A stretch of DNA of 64,000 bases, from the NCBI GenBank assembly GCA_965203295.1, contig CBDBCZ010000018.1:1-64000 (forward strand). The letters are read 5' to 3'. The translations under genes were made by a program, and so were the position numbers. The notes below the pieces were generated by a model. The model searched no databases and was not told the DNA's origin. It was given only the letters and a program-made list of their open reading frames with translations. The stretch's first letter is position 1, and each line of letters starts with the position of its first letter. The DNA comes from Nitrospirales bacterium (lineage in GTDB: Bacteria; Nitrospirota; Nitrospiria; Nitrospirales; UBA8639). Below are positions 51,603 through 62,154 of this stretch, in pieces.

Positions 51603-53169
51603 TTAAGGAAGCCAAAACAAAAGGACTGAATAGGACTGATAGTTCAGGTGACAGTTCTTACAAGCTGCCATCTCTGGTGCTTGGGAATGACTTCTGCAAA
51701 TGCAAATGTTTCATTGTTAATATTTAATTTGTTACAGACTCTCGCAATGAAAGGAGCATGGACCTGACTGCCCCATCACCTCCAGGTAATTTGTTGACGG
51801 TGATTAGGAAGACAGCTTGCTTTTAGAATTAGTATGCATTGTTAAGGAAGCCAAAACAAAAGGACTGAATAGGACTGATACTTCAAGTGACAGCCCTTAT
51901 AAGCTGCCATCTCTGGTGCTTGGGAACAGCTGCTGCAAATGTAAATGTTCATTGTTAATTTAATTTGTTGCAGACTCTCGCAGTGAAAGGAGTGTGGACC
52001 TGACTGCCCCACCACCTCGAAGTAAGTTGTTAACGATGATTAGGAAGATAGCTTGTTTTTAGAATCAGTATGTTTCATTGAGGGAACCAAAACAAAACGA
52101 CTGAATAGGACTAAAAGTTCAGGTGACAGTCCTCCATAATGTCTACTAGCTCTCAAACATTTGTTCATCTTACAAGCTGCCATCTCTAGTGCTCCGGAAC
52201 TGCTGCTGCAGATGCAAACATTTCATTCTGAATGCTTAATTTCTTTACAGCCGCTCGATATGACCCAGATATAGATCTGCTGGCTCAGTCCAGTGCAGAA
52301 AGACCAGAGGAGGATCATTCCAGCAATGCACGAGGGGAAGAAAAGGGTAAACCCTTCTTTCCCCACAGCCACCCCTTCCTGGTCAGCCTGCATGACTATC
52401 TCATCAGTCGGCATGGGCGGAGCCGCTCACACAGAGAGGCGAAACAAATTTGCAACGACGTCAGCCGGTACTTGTACTTTGCCTCCCCGGAGGCATTGAA
52501 GGAGAACCTTTTACTGGATAGCGTGAAACTCAATTCTTACTTACAGTCACTAGAGCAAACCGTCCAGCCATCTACCCAGAATGCTAAACTCAACCGAATT
52601 CAGCAGGGCATCCACTCCCTCAGCCTCGACCTCAACACTGCAAACCTCCCCAAAGTTCAGCGGGTGGAAAGACTTATTAAGAACTGGTCAGCTGTGCTGG
52701 CCAAGTCTGCCCGCGTCACCAATCCCCCGCCCTTAAGACTATTCAGTGGATTTAATAGGTCTTACTTTGCCCTACATAACCCCATTATATTTTAGGGTAA
52801 CCCTACTTCCTTCTGCGATGCCCCAATGTGTCCCCCTTTTCTCCCTCGTTCACCATTACCTTTTTGAAGAGCAATTCCGCTTTTCTGCCTTCACTGAGTG
52901 CTTAGTAATGTTGTTAGCAATGTTGCATTATTGTTGCGTTCGTTGCCCCAGTTTTTCCAACCTTACCTTCATCAATTTGCTTTTGTGTCCCTTCAGTGTC
53001 CCTCTCTGAGGGAATTGCCCCACAGTTATTCATTCTTCAGGGACACTCTAGGGACACCGAAGGATGCTAAATGCTGATTTCATCCTTATAGGGTAGGATA
53101 ATCGTCCTCAGCATACGCAACCTTGTCATAGTATCAATTCACACTTTTAGCACATCCTGTAAAAGTTGC

Positions 53170-56100
53170 TGAATCATTTAAGCTCACCCTCGGGCTATTA
53201 CAGCCCCAGGGACACACCAGGGACACACCATGATCGTTTCAGGGACACCAGAGCTCGTCTATGCACTTTTAACGTAGGGCAAGCATTGCTTTGGCCTGTA
53301 AAGCAGTTATATTGTGTTTTGAAGCCTGCAGGGTATTGTGTCAAAGTTACTGAATCCTTGAGGCTAACCCTGGGGCTATTTTAGCCCCAGGGACACACTA
53401 GGGCCACAACAGGGACGTTGCAGGGACACCAGAGCTCGTCTATGCCCTTTTAACGCAGGGCAAGCATTGATTTGGCCTGCAAAGCAGATATATTGTGTTT
53501 TGAAGCCCCCAGGGTAATATGTCAAAGTTACTGAATTTTTTTAGGCTAACCCTGGGGCTATTTAAGCCCCAGGGACACACTAGGGACACGCCAGGAACGT
53601 TGCAGGGACACCAGAGCTCGTCTATGCCATTTTAACGCAGGGCAAGCATTGCTTTGGCCTGCAAAGCACACATATAGTGTTTTAATATCCCCCCCGAGTA
53701 TTGTGTCAAAGTTACCGAGTCATTCAAGCTCACCCTGGGGCTATTTTAGCCCCAGGGACACACCAGGGACACACCATGGATGTTCCAGGGACACCAGAGC
53801 CCTTCTATGCCTTTTTAACGCAGGGCAAGCGTTGCTTTGGCGCACAAAGCGTATATATTGTGTTTTAATACCCCCTGGGTATTGTGTCAAAGTTACCGAA
53901 TCATTCAAGCTCACCTTGGGGCTATTTTAGTCCCAGGGACACACTAGGGACAGGCCGGGGACGTTGCAGGGACACTAGAGCTCGTCTATGCCATTTTAAT
54001 GCAGGGCAAGCGTTGCTTTGGCCTGCAAAGCACACATATAGTGTTTTAATATCCCCTGGGTATTGTGTCGAAGTTACTGAATCATTGAGGCTAACCCTGG
54101 GGCTATTTTAGCCCCAGGGACACAGCAGGGACATTTCAGGGACACCAGAACCCACCTATGCCCTATTAATGCAGGGCAAGCATTGCTTTGGCCTGCAAAG
54201 CACATATTTTTGTTTTAATACCCCCTCGGTATTGTGTCAAAGTTTCCAAATCATTCAAGCTCACCCTGGGGCTATTTTAGCCCCTGCGTCACACTAGGGA
54301 CACAGCAGGGACGTTCCAGAAACACGGGAGCTCGTCTATGCCCTTTTAACGTAGGGCAAGCGTTGCTTTGGACTGAAAGCATATATATTGTGTTTTAATA
54401 CCCCCCGGGTATTGTGTTGAAGTATTGGCATCATTCATGCTTACCCTAGGGCTATTTTAGCCCCAGGGACACACCAGGGACACACCATATATGTTCCAGG
54501 GACACCAAAGCCTTCTATGCCTTTTTAACGCAGGGCAAGCATTGCTTTGGCCTGCAAAGCGTATATATTGTGTTTTAATACCCCCTGGGTATTGTGTCAA
54601 AGTTACCGAATCATTCAAGCTCACCCTGGGGCTATTTTAGCCCCAGGGACACACTAGGGACACGCCAGGGACGTTGCAGGGACACCAGAGCTCGTCTATG
54701 CCATTTTAACGCTGGGCAAGCATTGCTTTGGCCTGCAAAGCACACATATAGTGTTTTAATATCCCCTGGGTATTGTGTCGAAGTTACTGAATTGTTGAGG
54801 CTAACCCTGTGGCTATTTTAGCCCAGGGACACACCAGGGACACAGCAAGGGCGTTCCAGGGACACCAGAGCTCGTCTATGCCCTTTTAACGTAGGGCAAG
54901 CATTGCTTTGGTCTGCAAAGCATAATATATATTGTGTTTTAATACCCCCTGGGTATTGTGTCAAAGTTACCGAATCATTCAAGCTCACCCTGGGGCTATT
55001 TTAGCCCCAGGGACACACTAGGGACACGCCAGGGACGTTGCAGGGACACCAGAGCTCGTCTATGCCATTTTAACGCTGGGCAAGCATTGCTTTGGCCTGC
55101 AAAGCACACATATAGTGTTTTAATATCCCCTGGGTATTGTGTCGAAGTTACTGAATTGTTGAGGCTAACCCTGTGGCTATTTTAGCCCAGGGACACACCA
55201 GGGACACAGCAAGGGCGTTCCAGGGACACCGGAGCTCGTCTATGCCCTTTTAACGTAGGGCAAGCATTGCTTTGGTCTGCAAAGCATAATATATATTGTG
55301 TTTTAATACCCCCTGGGTATTGTGTCAAAGTTATCGAATCATTCAAGCTCACCCTGGGGCTATTTTAGCCCCAGGGACAAAAATAGCCCCAGGGTCACAC
55401 TAGGGACACAGCAGGGATGTTCCAGGGACACAGGAGCGCGTCTATGCCCTTTTAACGCAGGGCAAGCGTTGCTTTGGGCTGCAAAGCATATATATTGTGT
55501 TTTAATACCCCCCGGGTATTGTGTCGAAGTATTGGAATCATTCATGCTTACCCTAGGGCTATTTTAGCCCCAGGGACACACCAGGGACACACCATGGATG
55601 TTCCAGGGACACCAGAGCCCTTCTATGCCTTTTTAACGCAAGGCAAACGTTGCTTTGCCTGCAAAGCATATATATTGTGTTTTGAAGCCCCCTGGGTACT
55701 GTATCAAAGATACTGACTCATTCATGCTATTTTAACCCCAGAGACACACAAGGAACGTTCCAGGGTCTCCAGAGCTTGTCTATGCCCTTTTAATGCTGAG
55801 CAAGCGTTGCTTTTGCCTGCAAAGCTCATATATTGTGTTTTGAAGCCCCTGAGTATTGTGTCGCAGTTACTGAATCCCTAATGCTTACCCTGAGGCTATT
55901 TTAGCCCCAGGGACACACCAGGGACGTTTCAAGGACACCAGTGCCCGTTAACCCCTTTAATACAGGACAAGAGTTGGTTTTTCCTCCCAAGCTGTTATAT
56001 TGTGTTTTGATGCCCCCTGGGCATTGTGTCAAAGTGACTGAATCACTCATGCTTATCTAGGGGCTGTTATATCAAAAGAGACACACCAGGGACACACCAG

Positions 56101-56760
56101 GGACATTTCAGGGACACCAGAGCCCACCTAGGCCCTTTTAACGCAGGGCAAGCGTTGCTTTGGCCGGCGAAGCTGATATTGTGTTATGAAGCTCCCTTCC
56201 CTGACCCTTACCCTGGGGCTATTATAGCTACATGGACACACCAGGGACTCACCGGAAATGTTTCAGAAACACCAGAACCCTTATATACACTTTTAATGCA
56301 GGGCATGCATTGCTTTGGCCTGCAAAACTGATATATTGTGTTTTGATGCCCCTGGGTAGTGTGTAAAAGTTCATGCTTTCTCTGGGAGAATTATAGCCCC
56401 TGAGACACAGCAGGTACACAGTAGGTACACACTAAGGATGTTTCAGGGATACCAAAGCCCTTGTATGCTCTTTCAATGCAGGAAAGCATTGCTTTGGTTT
56501 GAAAAGTGGACATATTATGTTTTGATGCCCCCTGGGTATTGAGTCAAATTTACTGAATCATTCACGCTTACCCTAGGGCTATTATAGTCCCAAGGACACA
56601 CCAGGGACACACTAGGGACGTTTCAGAGACTCCAGAGCCCGTCTATGCTCTTTTAATGCAGGGCCAGTGTTGCTTTACCTAAAAAGCAGATATATTTTGT
56701 TTTGAGGCACTTGAGGTGTAGTGTCAGCTTAATGAATTCTACAAGCTTATTCTGGGGCTA
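53170..56760. repeat. ~181-bp satellite, about 20 copies, with four 11-bp-spaced GGGACAC-type motifs; 364-bp dimer higher-order repeat at ~54560-55330
   Basis: gggctattttagccccagggacacaccagggacac... recurs at about 53192, 53372, 53555, 53738, 53918, 54099, 54269, 54449, 54629, 54810, 54993 and onward. Confidence 0.93.
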
Positions 56761-57403
56761 TTACTGGTTGGTAATTATTGGACCTCCCCTTCCTGTAGAA
56801 GTGGTGTCTTTTGTGTAATAGAAAAGGTCTAATTTAGCTTTGGTGTGATCAAAAAATGCTACTATCACTTCCTGTGAATGGTCATTATTGAATATTTAAC
56901 TTACCGTAAAGCTGTAACTACGAGATAACAAATAAAGTGTCTAATTTAGATGCTTGTATATGTTTTGTGAGTGGGTGGGTACCATCACATTCTGATAGTT
57001 CGGGCATTATTGGATGTTTCAATTTTCATAAAGGTTGTAATATCCATAGAGCGCAATGGGGTGCTCTGATATTGTCAGAAGTTGTGTGCATAAAGTCAGT
57101 GTGTTGGTATAAGTACTTCCTCTGAGTTTGATTGTTATTGACTTGATGTTCTGCGCTACACGTATTACTGCATTATAGTATGCCATGTTCAAAGCGCTCA
57201 ACAGCCTGCCCATCAACCCCAATGCATCATTGAGAGCTTTACATGCCAAACATAAATTGTTTGATTATGAGTTAATCTGTACTTCCTGTAAGGCTTTTAA
57301 CGCCTTCACCAAAAAATTTGATCGGCCATCAAAAAAATATGGTCACCATGTAGCTTGCTTTGTAAACTGTCCAATTATGAAAAAAAAAACGATTTTTTCA
57401 CAC

Positions 57404-57556
57404 CTCCGCCCCTTTTTCACACCTTTTAAAAAAAGCTGGAAATAGGTCCTGGAGTTGTTAGTAACCCATTGAAAAAGTATTAGAGTGATCTGACGCTTCA
57501 ATTTTTAGAAATTCTCTATGAAGGGTTTTGGTAGATCACATGATATCTCCTGATCC
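57404..57556 (+). promoter_or_regulatory. Conserved non-coding block of the YR units, copy D
   Basis: Aligns by eye with copies A and B. Confidence 0.7.
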
Positions 57557-58003
57557 AGCACATGGTATTTTTCTCTGAAAGTTGTGGATGCAGTTGACTT
57601 TATGTGAGTTTTTATGCGTAATTTTTCAATACCTGCAGCGGTGAAACTTGGCTATTCCTTCACTTTTGCGCTCAGTCTAACTACTTTCCCGTTTTTGGAA
57701 CTACCCTACACTTTTTTAAAGACCTGGAAGACTTTTAGAGGTAAGAAAAGTTTTAGTGTACAGTGCTCCAGAGCAAGAGAGCAAATGTTTTCTTTTATCA
57801 TACTTTTGCACTGTATGCATTGCCAGCATTCCTATTAGTGAGAATAAGTTAGAATAATACTAAACCAACGCGAAAAACAGGTTATTCCTTGAGATACCGA
57901 TTTTCCCTATAGTAGCCATACTTAAGCGATGAGATTGGTGACATCACGGGGAACGGGGAATCCCCTACTTTGAATCCGTTTACAGCTACGGTTTGAGGTT
58001 TCA

Positions 58004-59338
58004 ATGATGGAATGCGCTATTGCTTCTACTGCTTCTACTGCAACCGGTTATTTTCAGAACCAAACCGCGACTTCCTGTGCTATCTCTGGAGCTAGAAGGC
58101 CAAGGGCTGTGCTTCTGGATGTCAGCAATATTGAACCCATACGGAAGAGAGCCTGCACAGTGAAGGCTGAGAAACTAATCAGCATGCAGCAGAAAAAGCG
58201 AGCTCCCAGGGGCAATGCTAGAGCTGGCAGTACTTCCAGGTGGACCAGCAGTGGTGAACCTACTGGAGACCCTACTGTGAAAGACCAGCAACTGTCACGG
58301 GAAACACTGCAACAGATTTTGCAATGTGAGAGGAAAACATTTGATATGGGGCATGAAAGAATCGGTACATACGTTGATGCAAATGTGGGCTTGGAAACCC
58401 ACAAAGCATTTGCTCTTCTTGTGTTCAGCACTGCCATCACAACATGGGGCCTGGGCATTTTAGAGGCTGCACAACGTGCATCTGATGTCACAGGTGTTTC
58501 GGCATACACTGTTCGAAAGTGGGCGTCATTGTACTACTTGGCACTCATTGGCACTCCACCTGATGACATCGACAATAAGATGGTTGGTGACTTGCTGTCG
58601 TCGGAGAAGGGCAAACATTGTGGAAATGCCGGGAGCATACTACATGACGAAGAGTTTCGCCTTAGTGCACGGGAGTTTGTCCACTGCCATGCTTACAAGA
58701 GAGGGGAGCCCAACATGACAACCAAGGACTTCCGCGACTGGATTGAAGAAAGATTTGGTGTGTCAGTTTGCATTGAAACAGCTCGTGTCTGGCTACATGA
58801 CCTGGGTTTCACGCAGAAGCATCACCACAAGACGGTGTATTTCGATGGCCATGAACGGGAGGATGTAGTTGCGTACAGAAAGGAGTATGTCAACAAGATG
58901 GACGAATTGGATCGACGATGCCTGTATCCAGGCCATACTCCTGAGCTCCTTCCAGGTGAGAAGCCTTTAATACAGATGAGTCTACCTTTTATGCAAACGC
59001 TGACCAGTCATCTCATTGGGGGGATGGAGCTCTGAGTAACTTGAAGCAAAAGTCGCTTGGGCAATCCGTCATGGTTTCTGACTTCATTGAGGAGGCAGGT
59101 GGAGAATACCTCAAACATGGTGGCGAAGAGGCACGTTTACGTCTGGAGACTCAACTGAGGGATATTTTGACAATGAAAAACTTCTTGTTCAGGTCGACAA
59201 AGCCATTGATATCTTTGATCCAGCAGCACAAGCTTTGTTCCTGTTCGACAATGCACCATCGCATAAGAAGTGCTCAGATGAGACATTAAATGCAGAGAAA
59301 ATGAATGTTCGGCCTGGTGGAAAACAACCTGTCATGAC
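58004..59338 (+). pseudogene. IS630/Tc1/mariner-superfamily transposase, frameshifted and 3'-truncated
   Basis: TARVWLHDLGF, YFDGHEREDVVAYR, (D)ESTFYAN in a shifted frame, SVMVSDFI, LFDNAPSH and MNVRPGGKQPVM, then an abrupt end. Confidence 0.8.
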
Positions 59339-59488
59339 CTTCCTTGCGGCTTCCTCAGGCTGTAGGGATTCTAGGGTGGTTCTGTTAGCCAGGACAAACC
59401 CAATTACTGAGCCTCTGTCAGCTGAATCGAGCTTAGCTGCGAGCGTCCCTGCCACAATTTTGTCGACTTGTGATGTCTGTTTAGACAT
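59335..59488 (-). CDS. ORFan of the Rep cluster, 3'-truncated at the junction with the transposase
   Basis: MSKQTSQVDKIVAGTLAAKLDSADRG...EEAARKV runs into the GTCATGAC junction. Confidence 0.35.
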
Positions 59489-59644
59489 AGTTTTTTTCTC
59501 AACTTTAGAGCGCTGAACAGACAAAATGCCACCAAACCTAACTCTAACACACTTTTGCCTATACCTCTGCTTATACATTGCGCATGCGCACTACACAACA
59601 AACACAATAATGTCTAGGATAGTCACAACATGTCAGGGTAGTCT

Positions 59645-60355
59645 CTATTTCTTCTGTGGAAAGAACTTGAGAGCGTCTCGGGCCGGGGCAAGGGTATAGT
59701 CTTTTAGGTGTATCTCGTCGACTGGTAACTCAGCTGGAACACTATCAAACGATCTCAGACCTCTCACAAGCACAATGAACTCTGTGCTGTCATCCACACA
59801 TGTGACAATAGCTTCTCCTCACAGTGTTTTAATGTCGTGCTCTGGCAGCTCAGCCTCATGCCCCAGGAGTTTGAAAGACACCCTGAGTGCATCGTGGTAG
59901 GGCTGTCGACTCTCTCTGACACAGTGTTTGAAGAGGAGTTCAAGCTTGTGTATCATCTCTGCGCTTCTACCGTCGTTGAACTCTTCTTGGATCTTGTGGG
60001 TGGCCACATACTCCATACACTTTCCTGTTTCTGTGGCTGTCACAGTAGGGTATCTGTTCTTCAGAACTTCAGCTAAGGCTACGTATACACTAGCCGTGGT
60101 GGGAGCGCACATTGCTGCCTGTAATCTTCTTTTCTTTTGATGGAGAGTAACAAAGGATTCAACAGCGGATGCTGCTTTGCTCTCTGGGAGATATTTCAGA
60201 GCTTCAAAACCGATCCTATCGATTGCTTCTGCTAAACCGACTCTATCCATCTGGTGATGTGGTGGGTGTGTCTCGTGATCCAGGAAGTTTACAGCATCTG
60301 CATCAGCATAGTACCCCCACACACTCCCCAAGCTCTCTCTCTCTAAACAGTTCAT
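59645..60355 (-). CDS. ORFan (178 aa, probably ~235 aa with an internal stop at 59819)
   Basis: Protein-like ORF; the frame stays open for ~57 codons past the stop (GEAIVTCVDD...FFPQKK*). No recognisable domain. Confidence 0.5.
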
Positions 60356-60639
60356 TCTACTTCAAACTATACATGTATGTGTGGTCTAGTACAACATTCC
60401 AAACAATCAATATACTAATCCAATAAGTTCTGTGGTATCTTCAGCGCTGTGGCGGAACAGGTGTGGCTATGAGGAGTGGCTCCCAGAGTGTAAGCCATTC
60501 TGAAGCAATGTTGGATGTGTATGTAGGTCCACACAGCGACCCAAAGGGGTGTTCAGGGGTGCCTTTTAGCTCTCCTCCGTCTGTTGACTCCATCCCAGCA
60601 TCACCAGCAGTAGCCTTGGCCTCTGTAGGGGTGAGATAT

Positions 60640-61476
60640 TTAAAGTACATTACACAATCTCGTGCCTGTGGTGTGCTCACCTCCTTGTTCTCCAATAGTC
60701 AGCTTCATTTCTGCAATTTTGGTAGCTGCATCTATAGCTTCTTTAAAATCACCTGTCCAGGTGTATTTAACAGGGTGGTGGTGGTTCATGAAATCTACTT
60801 CTTTGGTCACTACAACTTTCCCAGTGCCAGCTTCAAAGTGGACACCTTCTGTGTCCTTTCTATAGATGGCATACCCAAGTGCCTCAAAGTTGAGCGGTAT
60901 CAGGGCAAATGGGGGGGCGTGACTCGCGTTGTCGTCCAGTTTGCCGTTGGCAAATGCAGGTGGAATAAGGGTGACAGCGTAATAGTTTTCAACACCCTCA
61001 GATTCCTGGCTGATATAGAACACAGATGCAAATGTGTGTGCTCCAACTCTAGCGCCATTGACCTGGTGCACCTGGCTGTACGATAGCCACAGGTTGTCTG
61101 ACCCAGCTGTGGCCTGGAAGGCTGTTGTAAATGGGATACACTTGTACCCTTCTTCTCCACAGAAGACACTCAACTCAGTGGCTGTGGGAGGTGGTATGAT
61201 CACCTCTGCACCGACTTCAAACCCTTCAAACGCGCCTGTCGCAGTCTTGACGATTAGGTTCTTCTTAGCTGGTTGTGCCACCAAGAAGCTAGCACCATTG
61301 TTGCCCTGGGTGACTATTGCAATCACGATAGAGTGCGTCATAGCTCTGTATTTCTTGATATCTGCACTAGCGCGGGTTAGTTGTTGTGTAGCAGTCTCAA
61401 CTGTCTCTACAGCCGCTGCCTTGAATCTAGCTAACTCTTTCTTAGTCCTTTTCAGTGTAGCTTTTCTACAAATCAT
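60640..61476 (-). CDS. ORFan, 278 aa, basic N-terminus and beta-rich body; candidate virion protein
   Basis: ATG-initiated long ORF with an RKATLKRTKKELARFK N-terminal arm; no recognisable family motif. Confidence 0.55.
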   Translation of the reverse strand: MICRKATLKRTKKELARFKAAAVETVETATQQLTRASADIKKYRAMTHSIVIAIVTQGNNGASFLVAQPAKKNLIVKTATGAFEGFEVGAEVIIPPPTATELSVFCGEEGYKCIPFTTAFQATAGSDNLWLSYSQVHQVNGARVGAHTFASVFYISQESEGVENYYAVTLIPPAFANGKLDDNASHAPPFALIPLNFEALGYAIYRKDTEGVHFEAGTGKVVVTKEVDFMNHHHPVKYTWTGDFKEAIDAATKIAEMKLTIGEQGGEHTTGTRLCNVL

Positions 61477-61532
61477 TGTGGGTGTGGCTAGGTCGCGTGA
61501 TGTTGAAATTGTTAGAGTCTCCCACCTTATTT

Positions 61533-62087
61533 ATGGCCTCAGCCAGAGGTAAATTGTGTACTGGCCCAGACTGCGACGAGAATACTGAGCATCATGTACT
61601 CTCAAATACTACTGTGCAAGCTGATCAGAACCAGTCGTCGTGGATAAACAACATCCTGACCCACTTTGACTCTGAACTAGCTGCCTCTCCCCACACTATA
61701 GACTCAACTGATGGTCATGAACCTGTAACTCTGTTCCTTGATTCAAAGGCGAGCACTAAAGTCAGCAAAGGAAAGGTGTCTACCCCTCTGGCTTGTTTGG
61801 TTGTCCCTCATGCAGATGGTGGGCACGGTTGGCACATCTATCACCTACTTGGCTTAGATGACAATAAGGCTCCAAATGCTTTTAAAGAGCTGACCGGAAA
61901 CCTTGCTGATTTAGCCCAGGGCGCCCAGATAGAGGGGGAAGCAAGCGTCCCAGTCCATGCTGAACTCGGTTCATCGTTTGGCGATACAATCAAGAAGGTT
62001 GGGAGTGGGATATTCAAGTTCTTGACTCACACAGTGACTGGTGGCCTAAGCAATGTGTTAGGTAGTGTCATTGGTGGATTGTTGTAA
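61533..62087 (+). CDS. ORFan, 184 aa, ending in a Gly-rich amphipathic helix
   Basis: MASARGK...SSFGDTIKKVGSGIFKFLTHTVTGGLSNVLGSVIGGLL*. Divergent from the 61476 ORF and convergent with Rep. Confidence 0.55.
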   Translation: MASARGKLCTGPDCDENTEHHVLSNTTVQADQNQSSWINNILTHFDSELAASPHTIDSTDGHEPVTLFLDSKASTKVSKGKVSTPLACLVVPHADGGHGWHIYHLLGLDDNKAPNAFKELTGNLADLAQGAQIEGEASVPVHAELGSSFGDTIKKVGSGIFKFLTHTVTGGLSNVLGSVIGGLL

Positions 62088-62154
62088 ACTTTATATCAAA
62101 CATATTGTGCACAATGCTCAATGGGGGTGAAGGGGGTTATTTTCTGCTAAAGTG

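Larger units (their letters stand above)
45450..52720 (+). pseudogene. Unit C gene (partial): Pro-rich repeats, UBZ finger, C2H2-like finger, PIP-box and N-terminal half of the YR protein; truncated before the catalytic domain
   Basis: 15-bp repeats at 45470-45790. CPICNQFYPFVDLHSHFETC (exon 46398-46533). CPLCKCSLKKLSQHLTTVH and QSAITRFF (exon 48040-48307). LHDYLISRHGRSRS...ICNDVSRYLYFA (52251-52720) is homologous to FQDYLTSLDSGKRS...IVSDVSKFLHFA of unit A. Confidence 0.72.
52720..57850 (+). mobile_element. YR unit D: left portion only (satellite plus conserved block); gene not seen
   Basis: Starts where the unit C YR frame breaks off. The satellite is followed by ttaacgccttcaccaaaaaa (57297; cf. 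18557) and the conserved block, as in unit A. Confidence 0.45.

Noticed and set aside
6290..56760. Satellites A and D as inverted ends of one ~50-kb element
   Set aside because: The conserved block follows both arrays on the right in the same orientation, which fits co-oriented tandem units better. Not fully excluded.
57850..58003. Left TIR and TA TSD of the Tc1-like element
   Set aside because: The right end is lost, so no inverted partner is available to define it.
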